A stretch of DNA of 62,314 bases, counting the filler. It is 7 parts of 7 records of this genome, joined end to end, with 100 filler letters (N's around TTAATTAATTAA, not from the genome) between each part and the next. Parts side by side here need not be neighbours in the genome. Positions count along the whole stretch, not along the records: positions 32,105 to 38,814 come from DRR723986_10050; positions 38,915 to 56,364 come from DRR723986_10051; 5 more parts are not named here. One strand, written 5' to 3'. The notes below the pieces were generated by a model, which worked only from the letters and a program-made list of their open reading frames with translations, searched no databases and was not told where the DNA came from. A program made the translations under genes and the position numbers. This document shows positions 34,265 to 43,282 of the stretch, in pieces (the first letter of the stretch is position 1; each line of letters begins with the position of its first letter).

Positions 34265-35497
34265 TCACTCCGACGCGAGTCCCGCTGATACAGCCGCATC
34301 GCGCAGGGCTGCAAGGGCCTCTGCGTTGCCGGCGAAGACGGTCTGCCCCTCGGTCCAGATGGCGCCTGCGCGCTCCGTCTCGCCCAGAACGCCAAGGGCA
34401 GAGATCGCGCGCGCCCATTCCTGCGGCGCGCCGCCCTCTGTCGCCAGCCGTTCGAGCAGCCCGTCCACCATGCCGCGGATCATCGCGCTGCGGTCCTCGT
34501 CGCTCATGTCGGCGGCATTGTCGATATCGGCGGCAGAGGGGCCGCGCAGCGGGGCGGGGGCCTCGGGGAGGGTGAAACCGGTCTCTCCGGCGCGGGCGGC
34601 CATTTCTTCGATCTGGGCGCGGATCGGCGCCACCCAGGGGTCGTCGGCGGTACTCTCGCGCAGCAGACGGTTCCACATCTGGAAGCCAAGGTCGGGGCGC
34701 CCGGTCTGCGCCATCATCAGCCCGCCGTAGAAGCGCGCCACGCCGTTCTCGGGGTCGAGCGTCAGGGCGCGTTCCAGAACCGCCTGCGCCTCGGGCGAGA
34801 CATAGCCCCCCGCGGCGATGATCATCAGGTCCGCCAGATCGGTGAGATCCTGCGCCCGCAGGTCGTCGCCCTTGATGCGGACCACCTCGGCCTGCGCCTC
34901 GTAGGCCGCGCGGGCATTGCCAAGCGCCGCCTCGTGCCGGGTGAGCAACTGGTGTCCCTGAAGATCGTCCGGGCGCTCTGCCACGGCGGCGCGCAGCTTT
35001 TCCACGAGCGCGGCGTAATCCTCGGGTACGTCCAGCGGTGCGGTGGCGGGCTGGCGCGCCTCTGCCTCCGCCTGCGAGGTGCGCTCCTTCAGCAGCGCCT
35101 CGGCCTGTTCCATGCGCATCTGCAGAGGCAGGTCCGGGTAGCCCGGCGCACCAAGCCAGGTGTAGAGGCCATAGCCCCCGCCGATCAGCACCAGTGCAAC
35201 CACGGCCGCCATGATCCGTGCCGCGCCCTGCGGCTGGTCGCCGGCTTCGGCGGTGCCGCGCGCCTTGGCGTCGGCGCTCAGCAGGCGGCGCGAGATCTCG
35301 GTCTTCAGGCGCCCGGCTTCCTCGGGGGGAACCTTGCCGCTGGCCTCGTCCGCCTCGACCTCTCGCAGCTGGTCGCGGTAGACCTGCAGGTCAAAGGCCT
35401 CGGCCGGGCCGGTTTCCCGCCGTCCGCGCAGAAGCGCCGCGGCGAAAGCCGAGGTCAGCACCAGCGCCACGGCGCCCGTCACGATCCAGAACAGCAT
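34265..35497 (-). CDS. ccmI: c-type cytochrome biogenesis protein CcmI/CycH
   Basis: VYRDQLREV, EISRRLL, LGAPGYPDLP, TPR-like C-terminus. Confidence 0.9.
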   Translation of the reverse strand: MLFWIVTGAVALVLTSAFAAALLRGRRETGPAEAFDLQVYRDQLREVEADEASGKVPPEEAGRLKTEISRRLLSADAKARGTAEAGDQPQGAARIMAAVVALVLIGGGYGLYTWLGAPGYPDLPLQMRMEQAEALLKERTSQAEAEARQPATAPLDVPEDYAALVEKLRAAVAERPDDLQGHQLLTRHEAALGNARAAYEAQAEVVRIKGDDLRAQDLTDLADLMIIAAGGYVSPEAQAVLERALTLDPENGVARFYGGLMMAQTGRPDLGFQMWNRLLRESTADDPWVAPIRAQIEEMAARAGETGFTLPEAPAPLRGPSAADIDNAADMSDEDRSAMIRGMVDGLLERLATEGGAPQEWARAISALGVLGETERAGAIWTEGQTVFAGNAEALAALRDAAVSAGLASE

Positions 35498-35674
35498 CTT
35501 GCCTCCCTAATGTCGGGGATCATGTATGCGGGCAGGGCCTTGGAAAAAAGGTCAAATCGCCCCACCGCAGCCCCATGTCGCAACTGTGCGTCAGAATGAC
35601 GGTTGCAGCCGCAGCATGCCCCGGGTTTGAGTCCATACCGACACAAACCCAAGCCGGAACCGGATTCGAGCCAT

Positions 35675-36922
35675 ATGAAACGCTACTCCGCCTTCGCCAT
35701 CGCCCGGGAAGCCCTGTCCAACCACCAGGGGTGGGAACGCGCGTGGAAGAAACCCGCGGCGCCCAAGGTGCGCTACGACGCGATCATCGTCGGCGCCGGC
35801 GGGCACGGGCTGGCGACGGCCTATTACCTCGGCAAGCGCTTCGGCATCACCAATGTCGCGGTGCTGGAGAAGGGCTGGCTGGGCGGCGGCAACACCGGGC
35901 GCAACACCACCATCATCCGGTCGAACTACCTGCAGGACGCCTCTGCCGCGATCTACGAGAAATCGCGCTCGTTGTACGAGACGATGAGCCAGGACCTGAA
36001 CTACAACGTCATGTTCAGCCCGCGCGGCGTGATGATGCTGGCGCAGACCGAACACGAGGTGCGCGGCTACCGCCGCACCGCCCACGCCAATGCGCTGCAG
36101 GGCGTGACGACCGAGTTCATCCTGCCCCGCCGGGTCAAGGAACTGTGCCCGATCATCAACCTCGACGGGCCGCGCTACCCGGTGCTGGGTGCTCTTTGGC
36201 AGCCGCGGGGCGGCACCGCGCGCCATGACGCGGTGGCCTGGGGCTATGCGCGGGCGTGCTCGGCGATGGGCATGGACATCATCGAGAAATGCGAAGTCAC
36301 CGGCATCGACCGCGACGGCGACCGCGTGACCGGCGTGCAGACCACGCGCGGCGCCATCGCCTGTGACAAGCTGGGGATCGTGGTCGCGGGCCATTCCGGC
36401 GTGCTGGCGGACATGGCGGGCTTCCGGCTGCCGGTGGAATCCGTGGCGCTTCAGGCGCTGGTGTCGGAACCGATCAAGCCGGTCATGGACGTCGTCGTCA
36501 TGGCCAACACCGTGCACGGCTACATGAGCCAGTCCGACAAGGGCGAGATGGTGATCGGCGGCGGCGCCGACGGCTACAACAACTACACCCAGCGCGGCAG
36601 CTTCCACCACATCGAGGAAACCGTCCGCGCGCTGATCGAAACCTTCCCCATGGTCTCGCGCCTCAAGATGCTGCGCCAGTGGGGCGGCATCGTGGACATG
36701 ACCGGCGACCGCTCTCCGATCCTGTCGAAGACGCCGGTCGAGGGCATCTTCATCAACTGCGGCTGGGGGACGGGCGGCTTCAAGGCCATCCCGGGCTCTG
36801 GCTGGGGCTTTGCCGAGCTGATGGCAAAGGGCCACGCGCCGCTCTGCGACGAGTTCTCGCTGGGCCGCTTCCGCGAGGGCCGCTTCATCGACGAAAGCGT
36901 TGCCGCCGGGGTGGCGCACTGA
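35675..36922 (+). CDS. soxB: Sarcosine oxidase beta subunit
   Basis: GAGGHGLATAYYL, GGNTGRNTTIIRSNY, ESVAAGVAH. Confidence 0.96.
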   Translation: MKRYSAFAIAREALSNHQGWERAWKKPAAPKVRYDAIIVGAGGHGLATAYYLGKRFGITNVAVLEKGWLGGGNTGRNTTIIRSNYLQDASAAIYEKSRSLYETMSQDLNYNVMFSPRGVMMLAQTEHEVRGYRRTAHANALQGVTTEFILPRRVKELCPIINLDGPRYPVLGALWQPRGGTARHDAVAWGYARACSAMGMDIIEKCEVTGIDRDGDRVTGVQTTRGAIACDKLGIVVAGHSGVLADMAGFRLPVESVALQALVSEPIKPVMDVVVMANTVHGYMSQSDKGEMVIGGGADGYNNYTQRGSFHHIEETVRALIETFPMVSRLKMLRQWGGIVDMTGDRSPILSKTPVEGIFINCGWGTGGFKAIPGSGWGFAELMAKGHAPLCDEFSLGRFREGRFIDESVAAGVAH

Positions 36923-37055
36923 TGCATCCCGCCGCCGCCCGGACCACGATCGGCAAGGATCCGCGCGGTTTTCCGCCGGCCCCCGGAGCACACAGGAACC
37001 CTGTGCCACCTCTCCGTGTTTCGCCTTCAACGGAACATGGAGAAGGAAGAAACCA

Positions 37056-37451
37056 ATGGCTGACACCACTCACACCCACACCACCGCTGCCGAACGCAAC
37101 CCCGCTTACGGCACCGGCCACGCCTCGACCACGACCACGCACAGCACCGGGCGCAGCAGCTCGGGCCTTGCGTTCATCGTCGGTATCGTCGTCGTCGTCG
37201 TGGCGGTCCTCGCCTACATCATCTTCGGCACCGGCGGAGAGCCCGTCGCAACGCCCGCGGATGACGTCAACGTCACCGTCCAGAGCGATGCGCCCGCAGC
37301 CGCCCCGGCCGCTGACGCGCCTGCCGCTGATGCACCGGCCGCGACCGCTCCGGTCGACGCACCGGAGGCTGCCGCCCCGGCCGCTGACGCACCGGAAGCC
37401 GCTGCTCCCGCGGCTGACCCCGAAACCACTGCGCCTGCCGCAGACCAATAA
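37056..37451 (+). CDS. Small single-pass membrane protein with Ala/Pro/Asp repeat tail
   Basis: GAAGGA RBS, one TM segment (LAFIVGIVVVVVAVLAYIIF), repeated APAADAP units. Confidence 0.75.
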   Translation: MADTTHTHTTAAERNPAYGTGHASTTTTHSTGRSSSGLAFIVGIVVVVVAVLAYIIFGTGGEPVATPADDVNVTVQSDAPAAAPAADAPAADAPAATAPVDAPEAAAPAADAPEAAAPAADPETTAPAADQ

Positions 37452-37577
37452 CGCCTCTCTCGTGACGCTGCCCTCTCTCCGGGCGGTCCGGGCCGGGATG
37501 CCGACAGGCACCCCGGCCCTTTCCATGTCTTCCCGTCACGCCGATCCCCGGTATTCCCTCCGCAAGAAGGTGGTCCC

Positions 37578-37916
37578 ATGTTGACACTCGAATGCCCCTG
37601 CTGCGGCGTCATGGTCGATGAAACCGAACTCAGCCCCGGGGGCGAAGCGCATCTCAAACGCTTCGGTCCGGGCAGCGAGGATGCCGATTTCGAAGGGTAC
37701 CTCTTCCTGCGCGAGAACCCGCGCGGCGTGCATTTCGAACGCTGGCGCCACAGTTACGGCTGCGGCAAGTGGTTCCTCGCCGCGCGCGACACCACGACGA
37801 TGCAGGTCTTCGGCACCTACGCCGCCCAGACGACAGAGCCGCCCGCGGCCATCCTCGACAAGATCCGCGGCACCAAACCGGGGTTCTCGTGGCGCGACCT
37901 GTTCCGGCCCGCGTGA
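37578..37916 (+). CDS. soxD: Sarcosine oxidase delta subunit
   Basis: CPCCG...YLFLRENPRG...ERWRHSYGC. Confidence 0.95.
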   Translation: MLTLECPCCGVMVDETELSPGGEAHLKRFGPGSEDADFEGYLFLRENPRGVHFERWRHSYGCGKWFLAARDTTTMQVFGTYAAQTTEPPAAILDKIRGTKPGFSWRDLFRPA

Positions 37917-37982
37917 CCGAATGACCTTCTTCTCTGCAAAGATACTCGAATCCGCGCCGGCTACGGGCGCAAGGGGGGCTGA

Positions 37983-38814
37983 ATGAGCACCAGACTGGCC
38001 AGCGGCGGACGCCTGATCGACCGCAGCACCCGCGTTCCCTTCACCTTCGACGGCAAGCGCCTGACCGGCCTTTCGGGCGACACGCTGGCCTCGGCGCTTC
38101 TGGCGAACGACCAGATGCTGGTGGGGCGGTCCTTCAAGTATCACCGCCCGCGCGGCATCCTCGCCTCGGGCGCGGAAGAGCCCAACGGTCTGGTGAACCT
38201 CGGAGAGGGCAACACCCACGAACCGAACCAGCGCGTCACCATGACGGAGCTTTTCGAGGGGCTGACCGCCACCTCGCAGAACCGCTGGCCTTCGCTGGAA
38301 ACCGACATCGGTGCGCTCAACGGCTTCTTCAGCCGCTTTTTGACCGCGGGCTTCTACTACAAGATGTTCATCCACCCGCGCCCGCTGTGGAAGCATGTGT
38401 ATGAGCCCTTCATCCGCAAGTCCGCCGGTCTGGGCAAGGCGCCGGACCCGGAAACCCGCGACCCCGACACCTACGAGCACTTCCACGTCCACACCGACCT
38501 GCTGATCGTCGGCGGCGGCGTGGCGGGGCTTCAGGCGGCGCTGGCGGCGGGGGCCTCGGGCGTCAAGGTTCTGCTGATGGAGATGGAGCCGCATCTGGGT
38601 GGCCGTGCCCCGGTCGACGGCGGCAGGATTGGCGGCAAGCCGGTCGACGACTGGATCGCAGAGACCCGCACCGCGCTGGAGGCCATGCCCAATGTGACCA
38701 TCCGCACCCGCTGCATGGGATCGGGGGTCTATGACCACGGCTATGCGCTGGGCTATGAAAAGGTCGCCGACCACGTTCCGCGCAGCGGCGCCCCGCGCCA
38801 TCGCCTGTGGCGGG
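37983..38814 (+). CDS. soxA: Sarcosine oxidase alpha subunit, 3'-truncated
   Basis: GDTLASALLAN, RSFKYHRPRG, AGFYYKMF. Confidence 0.95.
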
Positions 38815-38914
38815 NNNNNNNNNNNNNNNNNNNNNNNNNNNNNNNNNNNNNNNNNNNNTTAATTAATTAANNNNNNNNNNNNNNNNNNNNNNNNNNNNNN
38901 NNNNNNNNNNNNNN
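38815..38914. other. Artificial contig linker
   Basis: N-TTAATTAATTAA-N. Confidence 0.99.
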
Positions 38915-39695
38915 TGACCGGGCTCTATGGCAAAACCAAGATGGGTACTGTGCCATTGGCAGATATCAGCCGGCAGGACGCCACAGCGCTGTGTGATGTG
39001 CTGCTGGAAAAGATGGTGCTAAATTCGGTCTAACGGGTGATTGCTACGGTAAAGGCAGCTGTCAACCACCCCATCACTGGAGGTGGCTGAACATTCCCAA
39101 TTTGTTTGCCAAGCTGCGCATCAAAGGGGCAAGGGCTAGCCGGCAAGACAGACTGCCTATATCCAAAGATCAGCTGCAGGAGCCTATCACCGGAGTCAAG
39201 AACAATACGGTGACGTATTCTTGGCGATGTTCCTGGTAAATACAGAAGCCCATTTGGTGGAGCTGGTAGGGCTCGTGGTACAAGACATCGACTTGGTAAA
39301 GGGAGGACAGTACATCCGACCCAATGACATCTGAGGGTTGAAGACCAAAATCTCTGTCTGGACTCTGCCTCTGTCAGAGCGGTGCCAAAAATTGGCAAAC
39401 AGTATGCTCTAGGCCCAAACAAGTACCTCCCTTATCTCGAGGCTTATGCCCGCCCTCATGGCAGTGACGCAGCCTCGGTTATGCTGATGAAACACCTGCG
39501 TTAGTTGGTGGAAGACTCTAGGTCACCATCCATTCCATACGTCACCGTATGAAAGATCGGCTGCGGAACACAGGCTGTCCAGAGGCCATATCGAGGGCGC
39601 TTTTGAGCCATACGCAGCCTAGTATAGCTGCCAACTACGGCCCGGGCTATGCCTTGGATGTCATGCGGGAACAGATGGCAAAGATGTGGGGGTGA
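38915..39695 (+). pseudogene. Degraded tyrosine integrase
   Basis: Hand translation across stops and frameshifts gives VPLADISRQDA...ELVGLVVQDIDL...LKTK...TIHSIRHRMKDRLRNTGCPEAISRALLSH...AANYGPGY...MWG*. Confidence 0.85.
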
Positions 39696-39984
39696 CACCG
39701 CTACCCGGGGTAAGGCGCATCATGCCAAGGAACTTGGGCAGCCTCTGGGCCTAGACTTGGGTTATTTTTTGTCATCACAAGACAGGGATTTGGTGTCAGG
39801 GATGCAGCAGATTAAAGGTAGGCATTTCAAACCACTACGACACCCGACGATAAAGAAAAAATATCAATATCAATATTTGTTGTTTTTGTTGCTTCACTTC
39901 CATGCATGTTGGGGGCTGCATTCCAATAAAGATTTATTTAGTCAGAACCAAAGATCTTTAGCTTGATACGGCAGTTGTTAGAGT

Positions 39985-40178
39985 TTGAGTAACCGACATC
40001 CGCGTGGAGCCTCTATATTACCTAGTGTGAGGGTCGGTTACTTTTGTGGGCTATTTAGCCTATGACTTGGGCGTCCAGTGGTAAAGTGCTCACTGTGTGT
40101 GTAACGGGTTCAAGTCACCAAACCGAACCCGTACCGTGGCACGAGCGCTCGGGATGGTAATAACGCCTAGTTATTTTT
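39985..40178 (+). ncRNA. Candidate structured RNA of about 190 nt, class unknown
   Basis: Hand-found helices 39987-39997/40033-40043, 40046-52/40057-63, 40064-74/40163-72, 40085-91/40143-49, 40104-11/40125-32; G-U pairs favour the plus strand. Confidence 0.5.
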
Positions 40179-40209
40179 TACCAATCAACAATCATCGTTT
40201 TTATTTTGT

Positions 40210-41193
40210 TTATTCTTGATCTTCCAAAAATGCCCTGGATACTTTTGCTGCTGCCGACTGTGAGGCTGTAAGGCGTCGTGCGTATCGAGCGGGCATTTCA
40301 GGTGAAGTCCAACGGCCTGCAACCATGATTGATGACAAGTCACATCCCAGACGAAAAGCGTCTTGCACACCACCGACTCTTGTACTGTGTGCCGATACGT
40401 CATTACGCCCCGTGCGGCGCCGAATTATCCGGGAAATAGTTGCAGGGTCCAATGGAGTTTTTGATCCTCCAGCTTGCGATTTAGTGAGTATTGGATGGTC
40501 AGATTTTAGGCCTGCTTCGTCAATCCAATCTATGACAGCCTTAGTGCCTTTACTTGACAGAAAGGCATAGGCACCCACCCCATTTTGGTCCGTCTTTGAA
40601 CGCAATATAAAAAGTAGGCTACTTCCATCTTCTTGGCGCTGAAGGTCTTTCACGCGAAAATTACATATCTCAGACGCTCTGCACCAACTGTCTGTTGCTA
40701 TCCAAAGAAGCGCTTTGTCTCTTAGCTCTATGCGTGAGTTGCCTAATTTGTCTATTGTATCTAGCACTTCTTTCTTCCCTAGCGGCGACGCTTGTTTCGA
40801 TACAGACCCATATTTTCGCTTTACACTTTTCACCGCCAATTCAACTATCCGGTGCGTTGTTGGTGATGGAAGAAATTGTGAACGATGAAGTTCGGCAAGT
40901 CCCCAAAGCCTTGTTTCTATAGTAGTTGTGGCTAGCTTTCCTCCCATATCGTCTACCCATTCTGCTACGATAGTGGGCGAGATCGGTGGTATTGCACTAT
41001 GTCCTTTTTGTTCACACCAAGCAGAGAATAACCTGAGGATCATCCGGTAGTGTTTTAAAGTCTTAGGGGCAAATGCTGCTTCAGAGCGTTTTTGATACTC
41101 TTCGATGAGCCTTGTTCGTTGGCCATCTTGTAGCTTCCAAAGCTGGCTGAAAAGTTTTGATTGTTCGTTGTGGCGATTGAATGGGTGCTCCAT
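40210..41193 (-). CDS. Cre-like tyrosine recombinase
   Basis: Complete Cre-type catalytic set: R (WCRASE), K (RSKTDQ), HxxR (SAHSTRVG), W (AGRW), Y (PARYAR); AAAGGA RBS. Confidence 0.92.
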   Translation of the reverse strand: MEHPFNRHNEQSKLFSQLWKLQDGQRTRLIEEYQKRSEAAFAPKTLKHYRMILRLFSAWCEQKGHSAIPPISPTIVAEWVDDMGGKLATTTIETRLWGLAELHRSQFLPSPTTHRIVELAVKSVKRKYGSVSKQASPLGKKEVLDTIDKLGNSRIELRDKALLWIATDSWCRASEICNFRVKDLQRQEDGSSLLFILRSKTDQNGVGAYAFLSSKGTKAVIDWIDEAGLKSDHPILTKSQAGGSKTPLDPATISRIIRRRTGRNDVSAHSTRVGGVQDAFRLGCDLSSIMVAGRWTSPEMPARYARRLTASQSAAAKVSRAFLEDQE

Positions 41194-41351
41194 TTGTTTC
41201 CTTTCTGTTTGTGTGTCGGGAGATATTCCAGCACCCGTTAGGTCTGACTAGAAATGCCTTTCTTAGAAAAAATTCCTTATTTACAGGTATTTATAATTAT
41301 ATTTATATGCAATTTTCTTGCAGTCGAGCTATATTTTCTTAAGCCCACCCT

Positions 41352-42106
41352 CCACCAGTCTGTTGCAGACAGGTATGTGTTTTGTTGCCGAGTAATTTTC
41401 GAGCTGCTGGCATGCCCCCGGCCGGTCCATTATTCACAAAGATGGGTAGCAGATTGATTTGGGGTGTTTGATTTCCCCGGCTGATGCTAGCTCCGAGCGC
41501 TGAGCTCCCAAAGTGCTCAAGCGTCTGGGGTTTTTGCTGCGCTGTGTTGTTGGCCAGGGGCGAGTGTGGCCTCACCGTATTACAATGGCAGCGCCAGAGA
41601 GGTAGCATTGCACAACGAATCTTCTTGTATGTCGAATATCTCCTCGTGAAACGGTTCGTTCCTTACAATGCAGATAAAGCTTTAGTTGAACGCATCTTGC
41701 TGCGGTTTGACTGGATTGATTCAATACAACGGCGTGGTCTTCTGATTAACACATTTAGCGATGGCACGTTTCGTGAGCCCCGTCCCGCTGTCACGGGCAA
41801 TCAAACTGGGCTGGCCAGCGACTATGGTCTGGGAGTAAGGCTCGCGTGAAAGCTGTGCGCGGGGGGACTAGTATCGTGAACCGGTAGCGGACATTTCAAG
41901 ATGTAATTGTCGATCAAGGGCAGACCTCGTAACTTCCCTAGCGAACCGACGCTGAAGGAAACTAAGTCTGGTGACTAGCGTCCATTGGGATACGCTGCAC
42001 AGGCATTGTTATCCTTGTCCCCAGCGCTTTTTTCCGGCTACGTAATCGCATCCCAAGCCAAACCTCCTCTTGGGAGGTCCAGTAAGTTTCGCAAGCACTA
42101 GCCGCG
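41352..42106 (+). ncRNA. Candidate large (about 750 nt) highly structured non-coding RNA, class unknown
   Basis: Near-continuous nested helices found by hand, many with G-U pairs valid only on the plus strand; possible promoter at 41318-41345; no convincing protein ORF. Confidence 0.6.
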
Positions 42107-42118
42107 GGGTTTGCGCCC

Positions 42119-43282
42119 CTATTGGGCGAAATAATCGTGCAAAATACGGCTGTAGATGGCTTTCAGCTGGCTGACCTGGGCGGCGGGCACGCGCTCGTCC
42201 ACTTGGTGCATGAAATGGCCCACCAGCCCAAATTCCACCACCGGGCAATGCGCCTTGACAAAGCGCGCATCCGACGTGCCTCCGGTGGTGGATAGATCGG
42301 GCGTTAGGCCGGTTTCGGCCTGCACAGCCTTTGACACCAAATCCGACAGCGCACCGGGCGGTGTTAAAAACGCCTCGCCCGAAACCCGCGTTTGCAAGGT
42401 GATCTCTACGCCGAATTCGGCCGCCACCTTTTGCGCCTCGTCCTGCACCCAGGCCCCAAGGCTGGCGCCGCTGTGCAGATCGTTGAAGCGTATGTTTAGC
42501 GTGGCCTTGCATTTGGCGGGTATCACATTGGTGGCAGGGTTGCCGGTGTCGATTGTCACCACCGCCAGGGTTGAGGCATCGAAATGCGCGGTGCCTTGGT
42601 CCAGCTGGTGGCTGGCCAGACGATCTATCAAGCGGGCCATGGCGGGCAGCGGGTTGCGCGCACGGTGCGGATAGGCCGAATGCCCCTGCACGCCCGTGAC
42701 ATTCAGATGCACATTCATCGACCCGCGCCGCCCGATTTTCATCATATCCCCCAAGGTTTCGGGGCAGGTGGGCTCGCCCACCAGGCAGACCGACATTTGT
42801 TCGCCCTCGGCCTGCATATACTCTAGCAGCGCGGTGGTGCCGTCGGTGGCATCGCCCTCTTCATCGCCGGTGATGGCCAGGATAATGGCGCCATCGGGGG
42901 GTGTTTGGCGCACAAAATCGATGGCGGCGGCGACAAATGCCGCAACGCCCGATTTCATATCGGTGGCGCCACGGCCCCAGATTACACCATCTTCCACATG
43001 GCCCGAAAACGGTGGATGGGTCCATGCGCCCTCGTCGCCCACGGGCACCACATCTGTATGGCCGTTAAAGCCGAAACTGCGTGCATGCCCCTTGGCCCCC
43101 CATCTGGCAAATAAATTGGCCACCCCCCCACGATCAACCCGGGTGCAGGTAAAACCGGCCCCGTCCAGCATGGTTTGCAGCAGCACCAAGGCGCCGCCTT
43201 CGATGGGGGTAACGCTGGCACAGCGGATCAGCTGGGCGGTCAGGGCTGCGGCATCAACGGGGGTTGGCTGGGGGGTGGTCAT
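42119..43282 (-). CDS. dapE: Succinyl-diaminopimelate desuccinylase
   Basis: [41 protein letters not shown]. Confidence 0.96.
   Translation of the reverse strand: MTTPQPTPVDAAALTAQLIRCASVTPIEGGALVLLQTMLDGAGFTCTRVDRGGVANLFARWGAKGHARSFGFNGHTDVVPVGDEGAWTHPPFSGHVEDGVIWGRGATDMKSGVAAFVAAAIDFVRQTPPDGAIILAITGDEEGDATDGTTALLEYMQAEGEQMSVCLVGEPTCPETLGDMMKIGRRGSMNVHLNVTGVQGHSAYPHRARNPLPAMARLIDRLASHQLDQGTAHFDASTLAVVTIDTGNPATNVIPAKCKATLNIRFNDLHSGASLGAWVQDEAQKVAAEFGVEITLQTRVSGEAFLTPPGALSDLVSKAVQAETGLTPDLSTTGGTSDARFVKAHCPVVEFGLVGHFMHQVDERVPAAQVSQLKAIYSRILHDYFAQ

Larger units (their letters stand above)
38915..42110. mobile_element. Lower-GC genomic island remnant abutting the 3' end of dapE
   Basis: Visibly more AT-rich than the flanking host genes; contains an integrase pseudogene and an intact recombinase. 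Left end is cut by the contig edge. Confidence 0.7.

Noticed and set aside
39790-39850. Faint resemblance to a reverse-strand tRNA or att remnant
   Set aside because: No cloverleaf or TTCGA arm can be built; too degenerate to call.
39855-39882. AAATAT-N8-ATATTT as a lox-like site
   Set aside because: Arms are only 6 bp in AT-rich DNA, and no matching second copy was found.
39030-39966. Short ORFs 39030-39422, 39501-39698 and 39649-39966
   Set aside because: Shadow frames overlapping the integrase pseudogene, with no independent support.
41484-41849. 121-aa plus-strand ORF, and short ORFs 41254-41457 and 41339-41608
   Set aside because: No clear RBS and no recognisable domain, and they overlap dense helices. 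A small protein cannot be fully excluded without homologue codon analysis.
41855-42106. GTGCG at 41855 as a possible group II intron 5' end
   Set aside because: No domain V (AGC...GNRA...AC bulge) or domain VI found, and no reverse transcriptase nearby.
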